Part shown: piece after piece, positions 25,907-37,953 of the stretch
Numbering within the stretch: position 1 is the first letter of the stretch
How the letters are laid out: each line of letters opens with the position of its first letter
From: Trichoplax sp. H2
Lineage: Eukaryota
Assembly: GCA_003344405.1 (NCBI GenBank)
Contig: NOWV01000181.1
Location: forward strand, 74,001-138,000
Length of the DNA: 64,000 bases
Direction: 5' to 3'
Position numbers and translations under genes: made by a program
The notes under the pieces: model-generated
Seen by the model: only the letters and a program-made list of their open reading frames with translations
Databases searched by the model: none
Told to the model about the DNA's origin: nothing

Positions 25907-27607
25907 GTTGAACCTAACTCAAGAAAATCGGCCTTGCAATATGTATCAAACTTTAGCAACAGCTTAGCTTGTAATACTTGATTTTAATCACTGGTCACTT
26001 GATGCTTATTAATTCACAATTAGCAGTACTTGCCAGTACACTAAAAAACTATTATTACAATTTGTTACCCTGCTTTAGTCGCAATTTGATAAAATATCGC
26101 AAACAAGATCTGATAGTTTTATCTATCATATTTACAGTAATGATCATATATTCACCTTCAATGACTAGAAGATTATGTACAACGCATCCATTTTGATCAT
26201 ATTCTATACAATAAAATGGAAATTCCCAATAGTTTTATTCTTCAAAAATTAAAGCTATTCAAGTATTTTACCGATTGTAACAACTATGCTGATACCCTTT
26301 TGACTATTGAAGATTTAATTTATTTCTATGTGAACATCTTTCATAAAGTACCAGTATCAACGAAATAAATCACCCCAAGCAAGATGTTTTAATAAATATG
26401 GATCAATAGTTTACATACATATATTTCTAAACTTGTTGATGATAGATAGAAGCGAGTAAAAATTGCTATAAAATCTAGACAAACTATTAGGATAATCATC
26501 AAGCATAAGTAATGAGTTACTCTATGCAATAGAACGCTAATCGAACAGTCAAAAGCTTCAAATATTATTTTAAGAAACTTTAAGTGTAACTATATTTGGG
26601 CTGTGTAGTAAAATTGCACGAAATAGAAGTAAAAGAAATCCAATCCCATTACCAGCAGAATTATAGAGGTATTATCTTGAAGCGAAGTTGGTATAACGAT
26701 GTCATGCTGCGGTAGTGTTTGAAATGTTCAATTTGATTAGATAAAAGTACGAAAATGTTAATTCCGAAAATGTGATTGTAAATAAATACAAGACCCTCAT
26801 TGAAAAACTATAATATCATTGCTAGTAAATTTTCCATCTAAATGAATGGTAATTAACTAATGCACTAAAATGATGGTATACTCTTAATGCAAGAAAATTG
26901 AATTACCTTGGTGGTACTGATATGGTTACATAGCGTTATATTTCTACAACAGCTTTGATTCGCGATTTTAGCTGTCTAAAAATTGATATATCGCGCGTTA
27001 AATTATTCATTGTTGCCATGCTACTACGCTTATGGCTAATGATGAGAAAATTTTATACTTTCTAAATTAGCTGTTGCCATGCTGCATACAATAAACGGCA
27101 TCCATTAAACATTATAGTTTATGTGCAACACATGCATATATGCACACTTCTTAGCGTAGGGTAGCAGCAAGTATCACTTGTAATGCCATTAAGATGTTAT
27201 GTAACAAGCTAGTAACTACCGTAGAACAAATCCTATCACTGCTGCACTAATAGTCTAACTGACTATGACCTGAAACTGTTAATTAAAAATGTTTAAATAG
27301 TTTAGTGCTAATACTTTTCAAAGTTACCTCTTTTTGCGAAATACTGGTGGTGAATATAATACACATTAGTGCATAGTAGTGATTATAGTATTTATCACCA
27401 AGAAACAATTTAGAGTGCAGCTTCCCTCAACGAGGTCTTAAATTTCAACTATATAATTATATAAAATACACTAATCTAATGATTTTTAATTTTACGCAAA
27501 TTTTATTTTCATTCTAAGTTTTGCGCAAGTTTTGACTACGCCGTTATTATTTCATTATAAGAATCGTATTGAATCTTTGATTTGAAATTTTTCATTTTCT
27601 AAATAAG

Positions 27608-30077
27608 ATTCGAATGAGGGCAGACCCTAACTCAGGATACGCTTCGTACTTAAAGTGTACACAGGTAAGGTATCCTGTAGTGTAGAAACAGGCCTTGGTT
27701 CGAGAGTCGTGAAGGATTTAACTCGGGACTTGAAGGAGAGAAATTTTCATTTTTACATGGATAACTTCTTCACGAGTACCGAGTTATTTCTGGAGCGACC
27801 ATCTAAGGGGGTATATTGCTGCGGAACTGCCAGGCAAAACCGTAAAGGTTGGCCTCGAGAATTGCGTGGTAATAGAATCGTGAAGAAGCGAGGTGATAGT
27901 AAAAGTTTACAGTGCGGTACACTAGCAGCCTCAATTTGGTATGATAATAAACAAGTTCGTTCCTTGTTTATTACATGCACGAATCCATAAGCGTCAACGA
28001 TAAAACTTAAACGCAAATCTGGTGATTCAATTGAGGTCGCTAGTCCATCAGTTGTACCTCATTATGTAAAGTTTATGGGAGGTGTGGGATAGGACTGATC
28101 AACTCAGAGCTGCCTATCCTACCAGGAGAAAGTCCAGAAAGTGATGGAAGTACCTTTTCTGGTTTTTATTAGATCAATCGATTGTAAATACATTCGTCTG
28201 CTTGTTGCAATCTGCTGATCACTGAAGGACAACGAGATCAGGGAAACACCGAAGGCGAGGACCGAAGCAGTTTCGAACGAAACTAGTGAAGCTACTAATT
28301 TCGACTTTCCTAGGGAGTCGAAAGCGTCTTTTTGATTCAAATAGGTTTGAAGACAATGATATACACTTGGTAGTGCCATCGAAGAAACCTCGTAGATGTC
28401 ATTGCGGCGCGAAGAAGTTCAAATAAAGAAAGCAAACAAAATTGGAATGCGACTCGTGCAAGGTAAACTAGGATGAACTCTTCAACGTAACATAACATAT
28501 ATATAAGCGATTAATAAATCGTCATCTATTTATCTCTTCATCAAATTAGATTGGCTTGTGTGCTGAATGCTTCAAGCCATACCATGAAGAACTGAAGAGG
28601 ATGCGAATGACTTTAGCTAAAGGCTGTAGCCACTGGGATAGTACTAGTTTAATTTAATTTGTGTTAATTGATAATGCCCAGCTACCAAGCTCCTGTTATT
28701 GCGTTGCTTAGGTTTTAGGTTATATAAATTTTAGCTGGTACTGTTTTTAGTTATAAATTGTGTATATTCAAGTTTCGTTATTGTTTTGAAATTTCTGGCG
28801 ACAGCCACTGTGCTTCTGTAGTAATTAACGATGAATGTAGCTTATATAGTTTCCCTAGATAATGCTATTTAAAAATTTACGCTCGCATTGCCTTTTGTGT
28901 TAGTAGCTAATATGCTCCTGATAGAAATTATATACGATTGCCTTTGAGCCAGCTTCAGCTGCTTCCTCATTCCTTGTTATAATTCAGATGTAATAAATTT
29001 AAATCTTTACGTATTTCTAACTTGCAGTATGATTGTGATATTTGGGGGATATGCTTAAAAGCGCTGCAGAATAACATAAGCTTAGCTTTATTGATACGAA
29101 ACTAACTATGCATCGTTTCAAACCTAATCAATCTCTAGGTTTAAACATTATCAATAGATCAGTTTATTACATTGCAAGTATTATAACATGAAGCTCTTGG
29201 TCTCTACATGAGTGACAAGTACAGCAAAGTGAAGGAATGAGACTAAGTAAACCTGAACAAAAGTTTTGTGTCCATTACGATTTTTTAAATAATATTGAAG
29301 ATTTCAATAAGCTAAAATGATCTTAACATTTCTTCTATTACTTCGCTTTATGCTCGTTGTAGCTTAAAATGTTTCCTGAATCAAGAGTAACATATTTTCT
29401 TGAATCATAGGCTTGTATTTTAATTTTTGATTCGATAGTTACTAACCCTGCATAAATATTAGCTTTGTTCGTTCGATAGATTGTTTATTTAAAACTAGTT
29501 AGTGTAACCTCCCAGGGAATTGTTTTTCTATACGAGAAGACCTAACGTGTTGCTCACGTATATCTATGTAGTTTCTAAACTTCTTGAAATAATTGTTAGT
29601 GAGGATCCTGAAAGGATCCCTACTCTCGCAAGTACACTACTTGTAAACTTTTCTATAAGTTCTATAGGGTAGTCCATAGCAATTCCTACTAACGTATAAT
29701 AATATTGCTAATTTATTCAACAATAAGGGCGATATGTTACCGTCGCCAGTGCATTATCAAACATAACTTATAGTCAAAACTTAATTATGATTTCTTCCAA
29801 TTTGAACTTTTAATACTTATTGGTTAAGGTACCCAAAAAAATTTACGACTGTGCTCTCCTCTACGAATGGAACTTTATTGCTGAACTAATTTCCAACTAA
29901 AAACGATTACATCAAATGAAATTTTACAGAAATAGTATAGATACCTTACCAATAGCTCTCTACTTTTTGAATGGCGTAATCTTCACCGAGCAAATGGCTT
30001 ATAAGGACATTGTTTAAACGTAAGAGATATATGATAAAGTCAATCCATTAGAGCGGCTGCACGAAATAAAGGGTTAA
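27608..30077 (+). mobile_element. 5'-truncated, inactivated piggyBac-superfamily DNA transposon with right terminus
   Basis: Transposase motifs ADPNSGY, KVYTGK, MDNFFTS, GTARQNRKG, WYDNKQV, FMGGV/DRTDQL, RRKSRK*WKYLFWFLLD and a Cys-rich tail (coding remnant 27608-28657, several stops and frameshifts). Terminus ...gcacgaaataaaGGG at 30073 followed by TTAA at 30074-30077. No matching left TIR seen. Confidence 0.9.
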
Positions 30078-32253
30078 TTACTAAATATTCATTCTAAACT
30101 TTTATAGGAAAATGAATACGATAATTAAGAACTGATACCTCTATTTACATACGTTACTTTACGTAGGCTACTAGAAAGCTGAATTATTTGAAACTTGCAT
30201 TTTCTAAACTTAAAAAGCTGCCGTGTAAATTGATTCGATGTTTGCCTGTAGGATGATCAAATGGAGTATCAATACGAGAACGAGCTCATTTATAAGTTTT
30301 ATTTGAATTAAACTTGTCGACTAGACTGGTCGAATTTGCTTTACGATGCACAATTCTATCATTGAAACCAGCAAATCTACCGATAAATAATCCCTAGTTT
30401 ACACTCAAGGACATAAATTTGTGGTAGTCAGCTTGAAATGCCCCCAATATATAAATTTATTAATCGATATTTAGTTGCTTTATCAAAGGAAAATATGTTA
30501 TTTTAGTAGAAACCTTCTCGCGACATGAATTAAATACCGCTAATCCAATGATGAAGAAGAAGGTATTAATGCATAGAAGTTATTTAGTGTGACCGTGCGC
30601 CAGCAAAACACTGGAAAGATATATAAAGGGTCACGGCCCAAACACATAGAGAGTTTTTTACAGTTGATCTAGTTAGTGATCTGAGCTGATAAATAATAAA
30701 GTAACTCTAAACGCTATCGAATAGTCTCTCACTGAGATTAAGAAAGTTAGTCTTAGTCTGTACTATTCATCAAGAGTTAGTTTGAAGAATAGTCGGTGAC
30801 AGTAAGTAGGTTAGTAGTTGCTAGCCTTGATAGTACAAGTGTCGCAGAGGAGATTTGTGACACATGGTTACATTAGCCAAGAAAGCAGTAAACGCCTGGC
30901 TAGAATATTGGAACAAGAAGCGAAAACTTTTGTGAATCTGGGTAGGTATCAAGATATTTTCACAAGTACAGTAAGTGTAAATTTACAAGATTAGGGGCTA
31001 CATGAAGAAATTAGGAAATATGTTGGAGATAAATATTACAAATTCCGCTAATTTGCCTCCCTGAAAGTATTTTAAAATTAAAAAGAAATAAAGTACGTCA
31101 ATAGTCATGCTAAATTCACTATTATTTTACTATAGACCACAAAAGATGGGTAAATAGATAATAAAATGAGAAAATTGGATCAAGATAGCAGGAATACTTT
31201 GAGTAGCCCTTTTATGGCCGCAAAATATATATACTGCCCTGATTTTTGCTTTAGTTAAGAACTATGGGTTTGACATATTTATACTTCATAATCTTAACGT
31301 AAAGTATACTTAACTAGATGTAACCGATCTCTAAATATCAATAGAGCTTGAAGGCAAATTTATATGCTCATATGCTTGTAGTAAATTATAATTTCCTATC
31401 TTTCCATTGCAACGAATTTTTAATCGAAAATTTGTAGCATTACTCACGCAGGAATATTTTACATAAAATATTTTAGTTTTAACTAATATCGAAACATCAT
31501 AACTACATTTGATAGAGTAAATTTTATATAAACATTTTAATTAAAAAGTGATCTAAAGATTAGAATACTGCCGAAATCAGCACGTTACTTGGAATTTACG
31601 CTATTGAAGGTACTGGAGGTTTTTCAATTAATTATTTATTATAAAATGGAACTGTTGCTAATATATAATCAAAGAAAATTCCACAAGAGTTGTTAGAGAT
31701 CATTAAAAAGAACTGATTAGTTATCCGACGAAGAATTTTATCATCCATTGCAAAATGAAAGTTGCGCTTTAGGTTGCAACTAAACTATAAAAAATTATTA
31801 GAACATTTTTTTAATTCATATTATTTCTTGTATAGAGCTAAACTTTATAAGAATAAAGTGGCATCTAGCAGATTTATTCAAAATTGATGTACTATTTTGA
31901 TTATTAACGTAAAGTAACACTATAATTATTTTATCCGCTCCATTAGTGATATGTCGGATTTTTGCCTAGCTTTTTATCTTGATTGATACGAATATACTTC
32001 TTCATCGATGGAGTTATATATTCTAAAATATTTCATTGGAAGTGATGCCAATCGGTAATCCTGCAGTGTGCCGTCTTAAAATATCTGCCATCTATAAATA
32101 CTTTATTGAGCATGCAGAATACGTCATTTTGTCGTTACCTAATTCAGCAAGAGTATTTTTAATACATATTACTATCAACTTTTGCTGAAATCATTACAAC
32201 TTAGTATATAAGCGATTGCATAGCAGCTATCAATATTTTGGTAATTTAGTAAA

Positions 32254-32303
32254 TTAGTTGGACAGTTAGTTAGTAGGTTAGTTAGTTAGTTGGTTAGTTA
32301 GTT
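32254..32303. repeat. Imperfect (TTAG)n microsatellite
   Basis: ttagttggacagttagttagtaggttagttagttagttggttagttagttg. Confidence 0.8.
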
Positions 32304-32720
32304 GAATAATCAATTGGTTGCTTGTTCATAAAGTGAGAGGACACTTTTGTAAGGATTTCAGAAATTAAGATTTGTAAGCTTGAAACTAGCTGATGAAGTA
32401 TTTTTTAGAGAATTGATCGGCGAACTATAGCTGAGGAAGTAATTTATCGACACAGTAGAAAATTTTAAAGTAAGAAGAATGAGATTTTTTCGATTTTGTT
32501 GTCACGAAACAGCTTTGCAACAAGATAACGTAATGTATGATTTATAAGTCAGTTCCTTGAACCACGTATCAAGCAACGATATCACCACTGTCATGAATAC
32601 TTTACTCAACTAGCAAACTATACAAAGACTTAGACGCCTCATATTTTACGTTAAACACTTAGTTTAAGAATTAACTTTATTACCCGATTTACTGCAATTA
32701 TACACTCTTCCTCAAGAGTT

Positions 32721-32740
32721 NNNNNNNNNNNNNNNNNNNN
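32721..32740. other. Assembly gap (20 N)
   Basis: Run of n characters. Confidence 1.
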
Positions 32741-33269
32741 AAGCAAGATGTTTTAATAAATATGGATCAATAGTTTACATACATATATTTCTAAACTTGT
32801 TGATGATAGATAGAAGCGAGTAAAAATTGCTATAAAATCTAGACAAACTATTAGGATAATCATCAAGCATAAGTAATGAGTTACTCTATGCAATAGAACG
32901 CTAATCGAACAGTCAAAAGCTTCAAATATTATTTTAAGAAACTTTAAGTGTAACTATATTTGGGCTGTGTAGTAAAATTGCACGAAATAGAAGTAATAGA
33001 AATCCAATCCCATTACCAGCAGAATTATAGAGGTATTATCTTGAAGCGAAGTTGGTATAACGATGTCATGCTGATAACGTAATGTATGATTTATAAGTCA
33101 GTTCCTTGAACCACGTATCAAGCAACGATATCACCACTATCATGAATACTTTACTCAACTAGCAAACTATACAAAGACTTAGACGCCTCGTATTTTACGT
33201 TAAACACTTAGTTTAAGAATTAACTTTATTACCCGATTTACTGCAATTATACACTCTTCCTCAAGAGTT
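32741..33269 (+). repeat. Near-identical copy of 26377-26709 fused directly to a copy of 32525-32720 (probable alternative haplotype)
   Basis: 32741-33073 matches 26377-26709 (one difference seen: agtaaaag vs agtaatag). 33074-33269 matches 32525-32720 (two differences seen). Confidence 0.92.
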
Positions 33270-34835
33270 TATGAATCTTAGTTTGTACGATTAACTTTGG
33301 AATAATTCACTGAATTAGATATTAATTTTAGCTACTGCTCCCTAATACAGACAACAGTATTTACGAATAAAGACATCTGATGACTAACTATTAATTTCAT
33401 TTTATGTTTATAACATTATTACATTAATATTTGCATACTAACAGATCCAATTTGTAGTGGTAAGTATATTTTATACGTATAAAATAGTTTACTACTACAT
33501 CACCCAGACAGACTGTCAGAATTGTTGCTGAAACTACAAATTCAATTGGTTGTATCCCTGTTACGATGAAATTTTCTAAATTTCATCATTCATTAGATTT
33601 TACACTTTTTATTTCGTCAAAATTCATCCAAAATTTGGTTAGTAAAAGTCATTTTTAATTTCCTATAGCATTTCGCATTGCATTAGTATATAACTTACTT
33701 GAGCCTGTGTTGAAATAGCAGTTTTTAAATATTTTAAAGTTTTAAAAACTTTGGCATATTATTCTGATCTTTAGCTCCTAATAGCAAGGTTAAGCTGATT
33801 TGGATGGAAATAAGTCGGAATTTACTAAGTTATATTAATAAATAATACATATTTCTCTTATGGATGTACTGTTTGTTGAATTAAATATTCACTCCACGTC
33901 CTATTAATTCAGTCAGAGTTTAAGAAATTATTTTACTAACCACAAGCACAACATTACTTACAGTTAAAGTAGAGAAATAAATTGCTTTGCTACAGCTATA
34001 AATGCATCAAAAAGACAATTCTAATTGAAAGCAAGATAGAAGGGTGATTTATCAGGTCGATGAGAGAAAAATGCAGTTACTTTTATTCTCTTCTTCTATC
34101 ACAATTTCGGTCCTCATAGGCACGAATTCCCCATACAGTTGTTGATCAGCAATAAACCTTCAAGTGTCCGTTATGAGACGATGGATTGATGAAATATAAA
34201 TCTGACTTTGGACAATTTTCTAAATAATAACTGGTACGGTGGAAGGCTTATTTTAGGTTTAATCAAATGAATAAACTAATTATTTGTACGTAACATATTC
34301 ATGAATTAAATAATTCAGGATTTTATAATTCCTGAAATTATTACAATTAATTAAATTAGCCTCTTATACTGTGAGGTTTATGATACGTTGAAAGAATACA
34401 ATTTTTAAAGGGTAATTTATGATTTTAGTCACAGTCAAATAAATACCAAATTATAAAATTGGCATGAAATAGTATTGAGTTATCCTAATAAAACTAACAA
34501 CTAATCACACAACTTTACATAAATACTTCCTTAGGATTCCCTTTCAATTTGAATAATCTACTGTAGCAATCTTATTTTAACCAGATATCGTTTTATCAGT
34601 ATAGCTAATGTATACTATATTATAGAAACTCACTACAACTATTATGGTGATATAGTTAGAAAGTGTTCAATATACAAAGTCAAAAAAAATATAGATAAGC
34701 AACACTAATAGATTATCTTCGAATAATATCAATACTGTTTACATCATATACATTTACTAGATAATAGCTACTTGATATCCAATATGAGGTACAGGTATTC
34801 AAACTTTTATGCGTGCACAGGTAAGGTAGTGTTAT

Positions 34836-35190
34836 AAAACAGCTTTGCAACAAGATGACGTAATGCACGATCAATCAGTCGATTCCCTGAACCACGTATC
34901 AGGGAGCAGTATCTACTCTTTCAAGAACTCTTTTTTATACTAGTAGACTATAAAAAGACTTCTACGCCTCGTATCTTACGTTAAACACTACTCATAAGAA
35001 CTCACTTTATTATGCGATTTATCGCATTTATCGACTCTTTTACAATAGCAAAGACATCCTAGTTAGTAATATTAACGTTGAAAACTGATAATGAATCAAA
35101 GGCTAATTTTATCTACTGCTACCTAATGAAGACAATGGTATTTACGAACATAGACATCGAATGACTAATACAAAATTGTCAGATTACAAT
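34836..35190. repeat. Diverged paralog of 32507-32720 / 33074-33390
   Basis: aaacagctttgcaacaagat.acgtaatg...cc.tgaaccacgtatca...acgcctcgtat.ttacgttaaacact...ctactgct.cctaat..agacaa..gtatttacgaa shared. Confidence 0.8.
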
Positions 35191-37953
35191 ATGTCCGATC
35201 CTGGAACATTTCTGTGATAATCTACAATCTATCATAAGTAAATTATAATTACAGTGATTTGAATTGTAAGAAGATTATTCTCGATTCTCTAATTAAACAA
35301 TTAATTTTAGTAGGCTGTATAATCACCATAAAAGCAAGTGCTACATTTAAATGTCTTATATCTAAATTAGAACTCTTCATATAAATTTAAATCAACAAAA
35401 TTATCCTAACATAGATGTTTGTACTATAATCTCGATTTTACAGTGTATAACATTACTACATGTTACAGTGTTATATACTGTAACAGGTAGTAATTTATTA
35501 AGATCGCACTTAGCTCTATGCATCGATAAATCTTCTGGTTACTTATTAATTAATCGATTTGTAAGGTATCATACCTAGTATCGATTAATTAATTACACAT
35601 TGTATTTGGTATGAAATATATTATCACCAACTTTAATCCGATATAAATCATAAAATTATTCATAAGTATATATCAAAGATTTGAATGAAAATTTTGACCT
35701 AGATTAACTTTTCTTAATCATTCCTGTCACAGGCTTACCACTTTTTCACAATTAAATTCATATTACAAAATACAGTTACAATTAAAAAGTAAATAAAATA
35801 GAGTTGGTTAACACCATAGAGAATTACTATTATAAATTTAGAGAATTTCACGAGAAAATAGTTGAGTCTTGACTGAAAAATTAGTTAGATATACTGTACA
35901 ATTTACAATGATAAGCAATTACTAAGTAGTTTCTCAATAAAGAGAATCATAAACTAGTAAATATAGCATAAAGAATCTCTATAGCTAAATCGTCATGAAT
36001 GTTTTCCAATTATAAATGAACTTTAATTATAATTATTAGAATATACTGATAGCAAACGCATAAGGAGAAATATCTAAATAATTAGAAATAATGGGTGTAA
36101 AATTTGTACTAAGCAGACATTAGCTATGAAGCATGTAATCAAGAATTGACGGATGCTATAGTGCTTCATAAGCTATACGATTATACTAACTTTTACTTAA
36201 ATCTCCGGAAGTAAAGTTACCCCAATAAAATAGTTTTCCCTATAAATTACATCGATCAATTAAATAATTATAAATCTATCAGGAGCAACAACAATTAAAT
36301 TACGGTAATAAACTATTACAATATATGTAGAGAGCATAACACCTGAAGATTTTGTTTAAGCTATGAAAAAATATTAAGCGAAGCAGTACAAACTTCACTC
36401 AAAACTATTATTATCTATGACAATGTTCGATACATAAATTATCGAACATTTATTTTGTTTCGATAATTTGACAAGCTTAATAATAAGATATCTGCTAAAG
36501 TTAGAATGAAACTTTGTACAACAGAGAGCTTATTTCATCAACACAATATTCTACGGAAATCATAACAAATACTTTCATCTGTCCGTCTTATTTCTTATTC
36601 CGATCTGTGTCGTAAGAATGCAAATAGTATCTAGGACATTGACATAATATTTATAATTACAAAGCTATATGGTATAGTAAACAGTTGAGAGTTTTATATT
36701 GGGAGGGTTTATGGCTTTTTAGCTATTGTCAGCAGTTTAATTTAATCCATTACCAAATGAGATAGTCAATTATAATGTCACACATAGCATAATAGGTCAA
36801 TTATAATTGTGCCTGTAGGCAAATTGAGTACGCATTATAGATCAATTGACAAAACGATTTGGTCATAGTCATCTAAAAAAGAATTTATTGTTATTCTGAT
36901 ATACTTATATTTCAGTAGCTGTGAAGCGTTTCTGTATCATTATGATGCAACATGTTTCTCACATTCTTTAGTTATATTATATTATGCCAAAAATAAAATA
37001 GGAAACCGATTAGAAATGGTTATCGAAGAGGCCATAGATAAGATCTATTAATTTGAATGAAATAAGTTCTTTTTAAATCTGCTATACTATGCAGCGCTCA
37101 TGCTGTGGTTTGTAATCCAATACTAGCTTTTATATTACTCAGCTAAGAATGAAGAAACATTTTACTGCCCTATTTGTATAAGTAATTTGACCTTAATTTA
37201 TTGCAATCAACCATGTCGTACTGAGCATAAAAGATATTGGCAGGAAATACTTTAGATTGCCGTTTCTAAAAGCATTATACGCGAAAATTTCTGTTCGAGA
37301 CACTTGTTGATATGACTACGTAATAACAGTTTACCCGGTAACTGCAAAATATTTTGATAATTAGGCCATGGTGTATATACATAATCTCTCATGACCTCTC
37401 CAGCCCAAAAGGGCGCTAAAGAGAACGATCTAGATCACCATAGTAACAGATGTAGGCATTTCTATTGCATTTTATTTTTTACGATCATTTTATTCTTATA
37501 AAATCAAACTGGTAGTAGACTTTTCTTTGGTAGCAATTTGAAATAGTACCGGAATCGTGCCATATTTGTTATGGATTTTACGATAGCTGATGATTGTTGA
37601 TAATAAAAGAGCGAATCAAGAAATTAATTGGTTCAGAATATTGACAGTCATGCTTTTATCACCATTTCTTAATCACCAATTGTGATTTAAGCTTTTTTTG
37701 ATCGATTAAGTCACATGGTTAATGACGCAAAGCACTGCCTAAGTAAATAATTCCGATGTTAATTCAAAGTCGTACTGACAACGATATTCTCCTACTTAAT
37801 TAAGAATTTAAGTTTGAAATCATAGCAGTTCGTAAACTTCTCATGTATCTGTAAAAACTAAGAGTAACATTCGAAAATTAAAAGGATATCCAACTCACAG
37901 GTTTTAAAAAAGTTCATCAACTTCATCAATCAAAAAGTAAGAAGCAACTTACG

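Noticed and set aside
30834-30970. Exon-like segment LARILEQEAKTFVNLGRYQD resembling one TPR helix pair
   Set aside because: Isolated, with no linked open exons found
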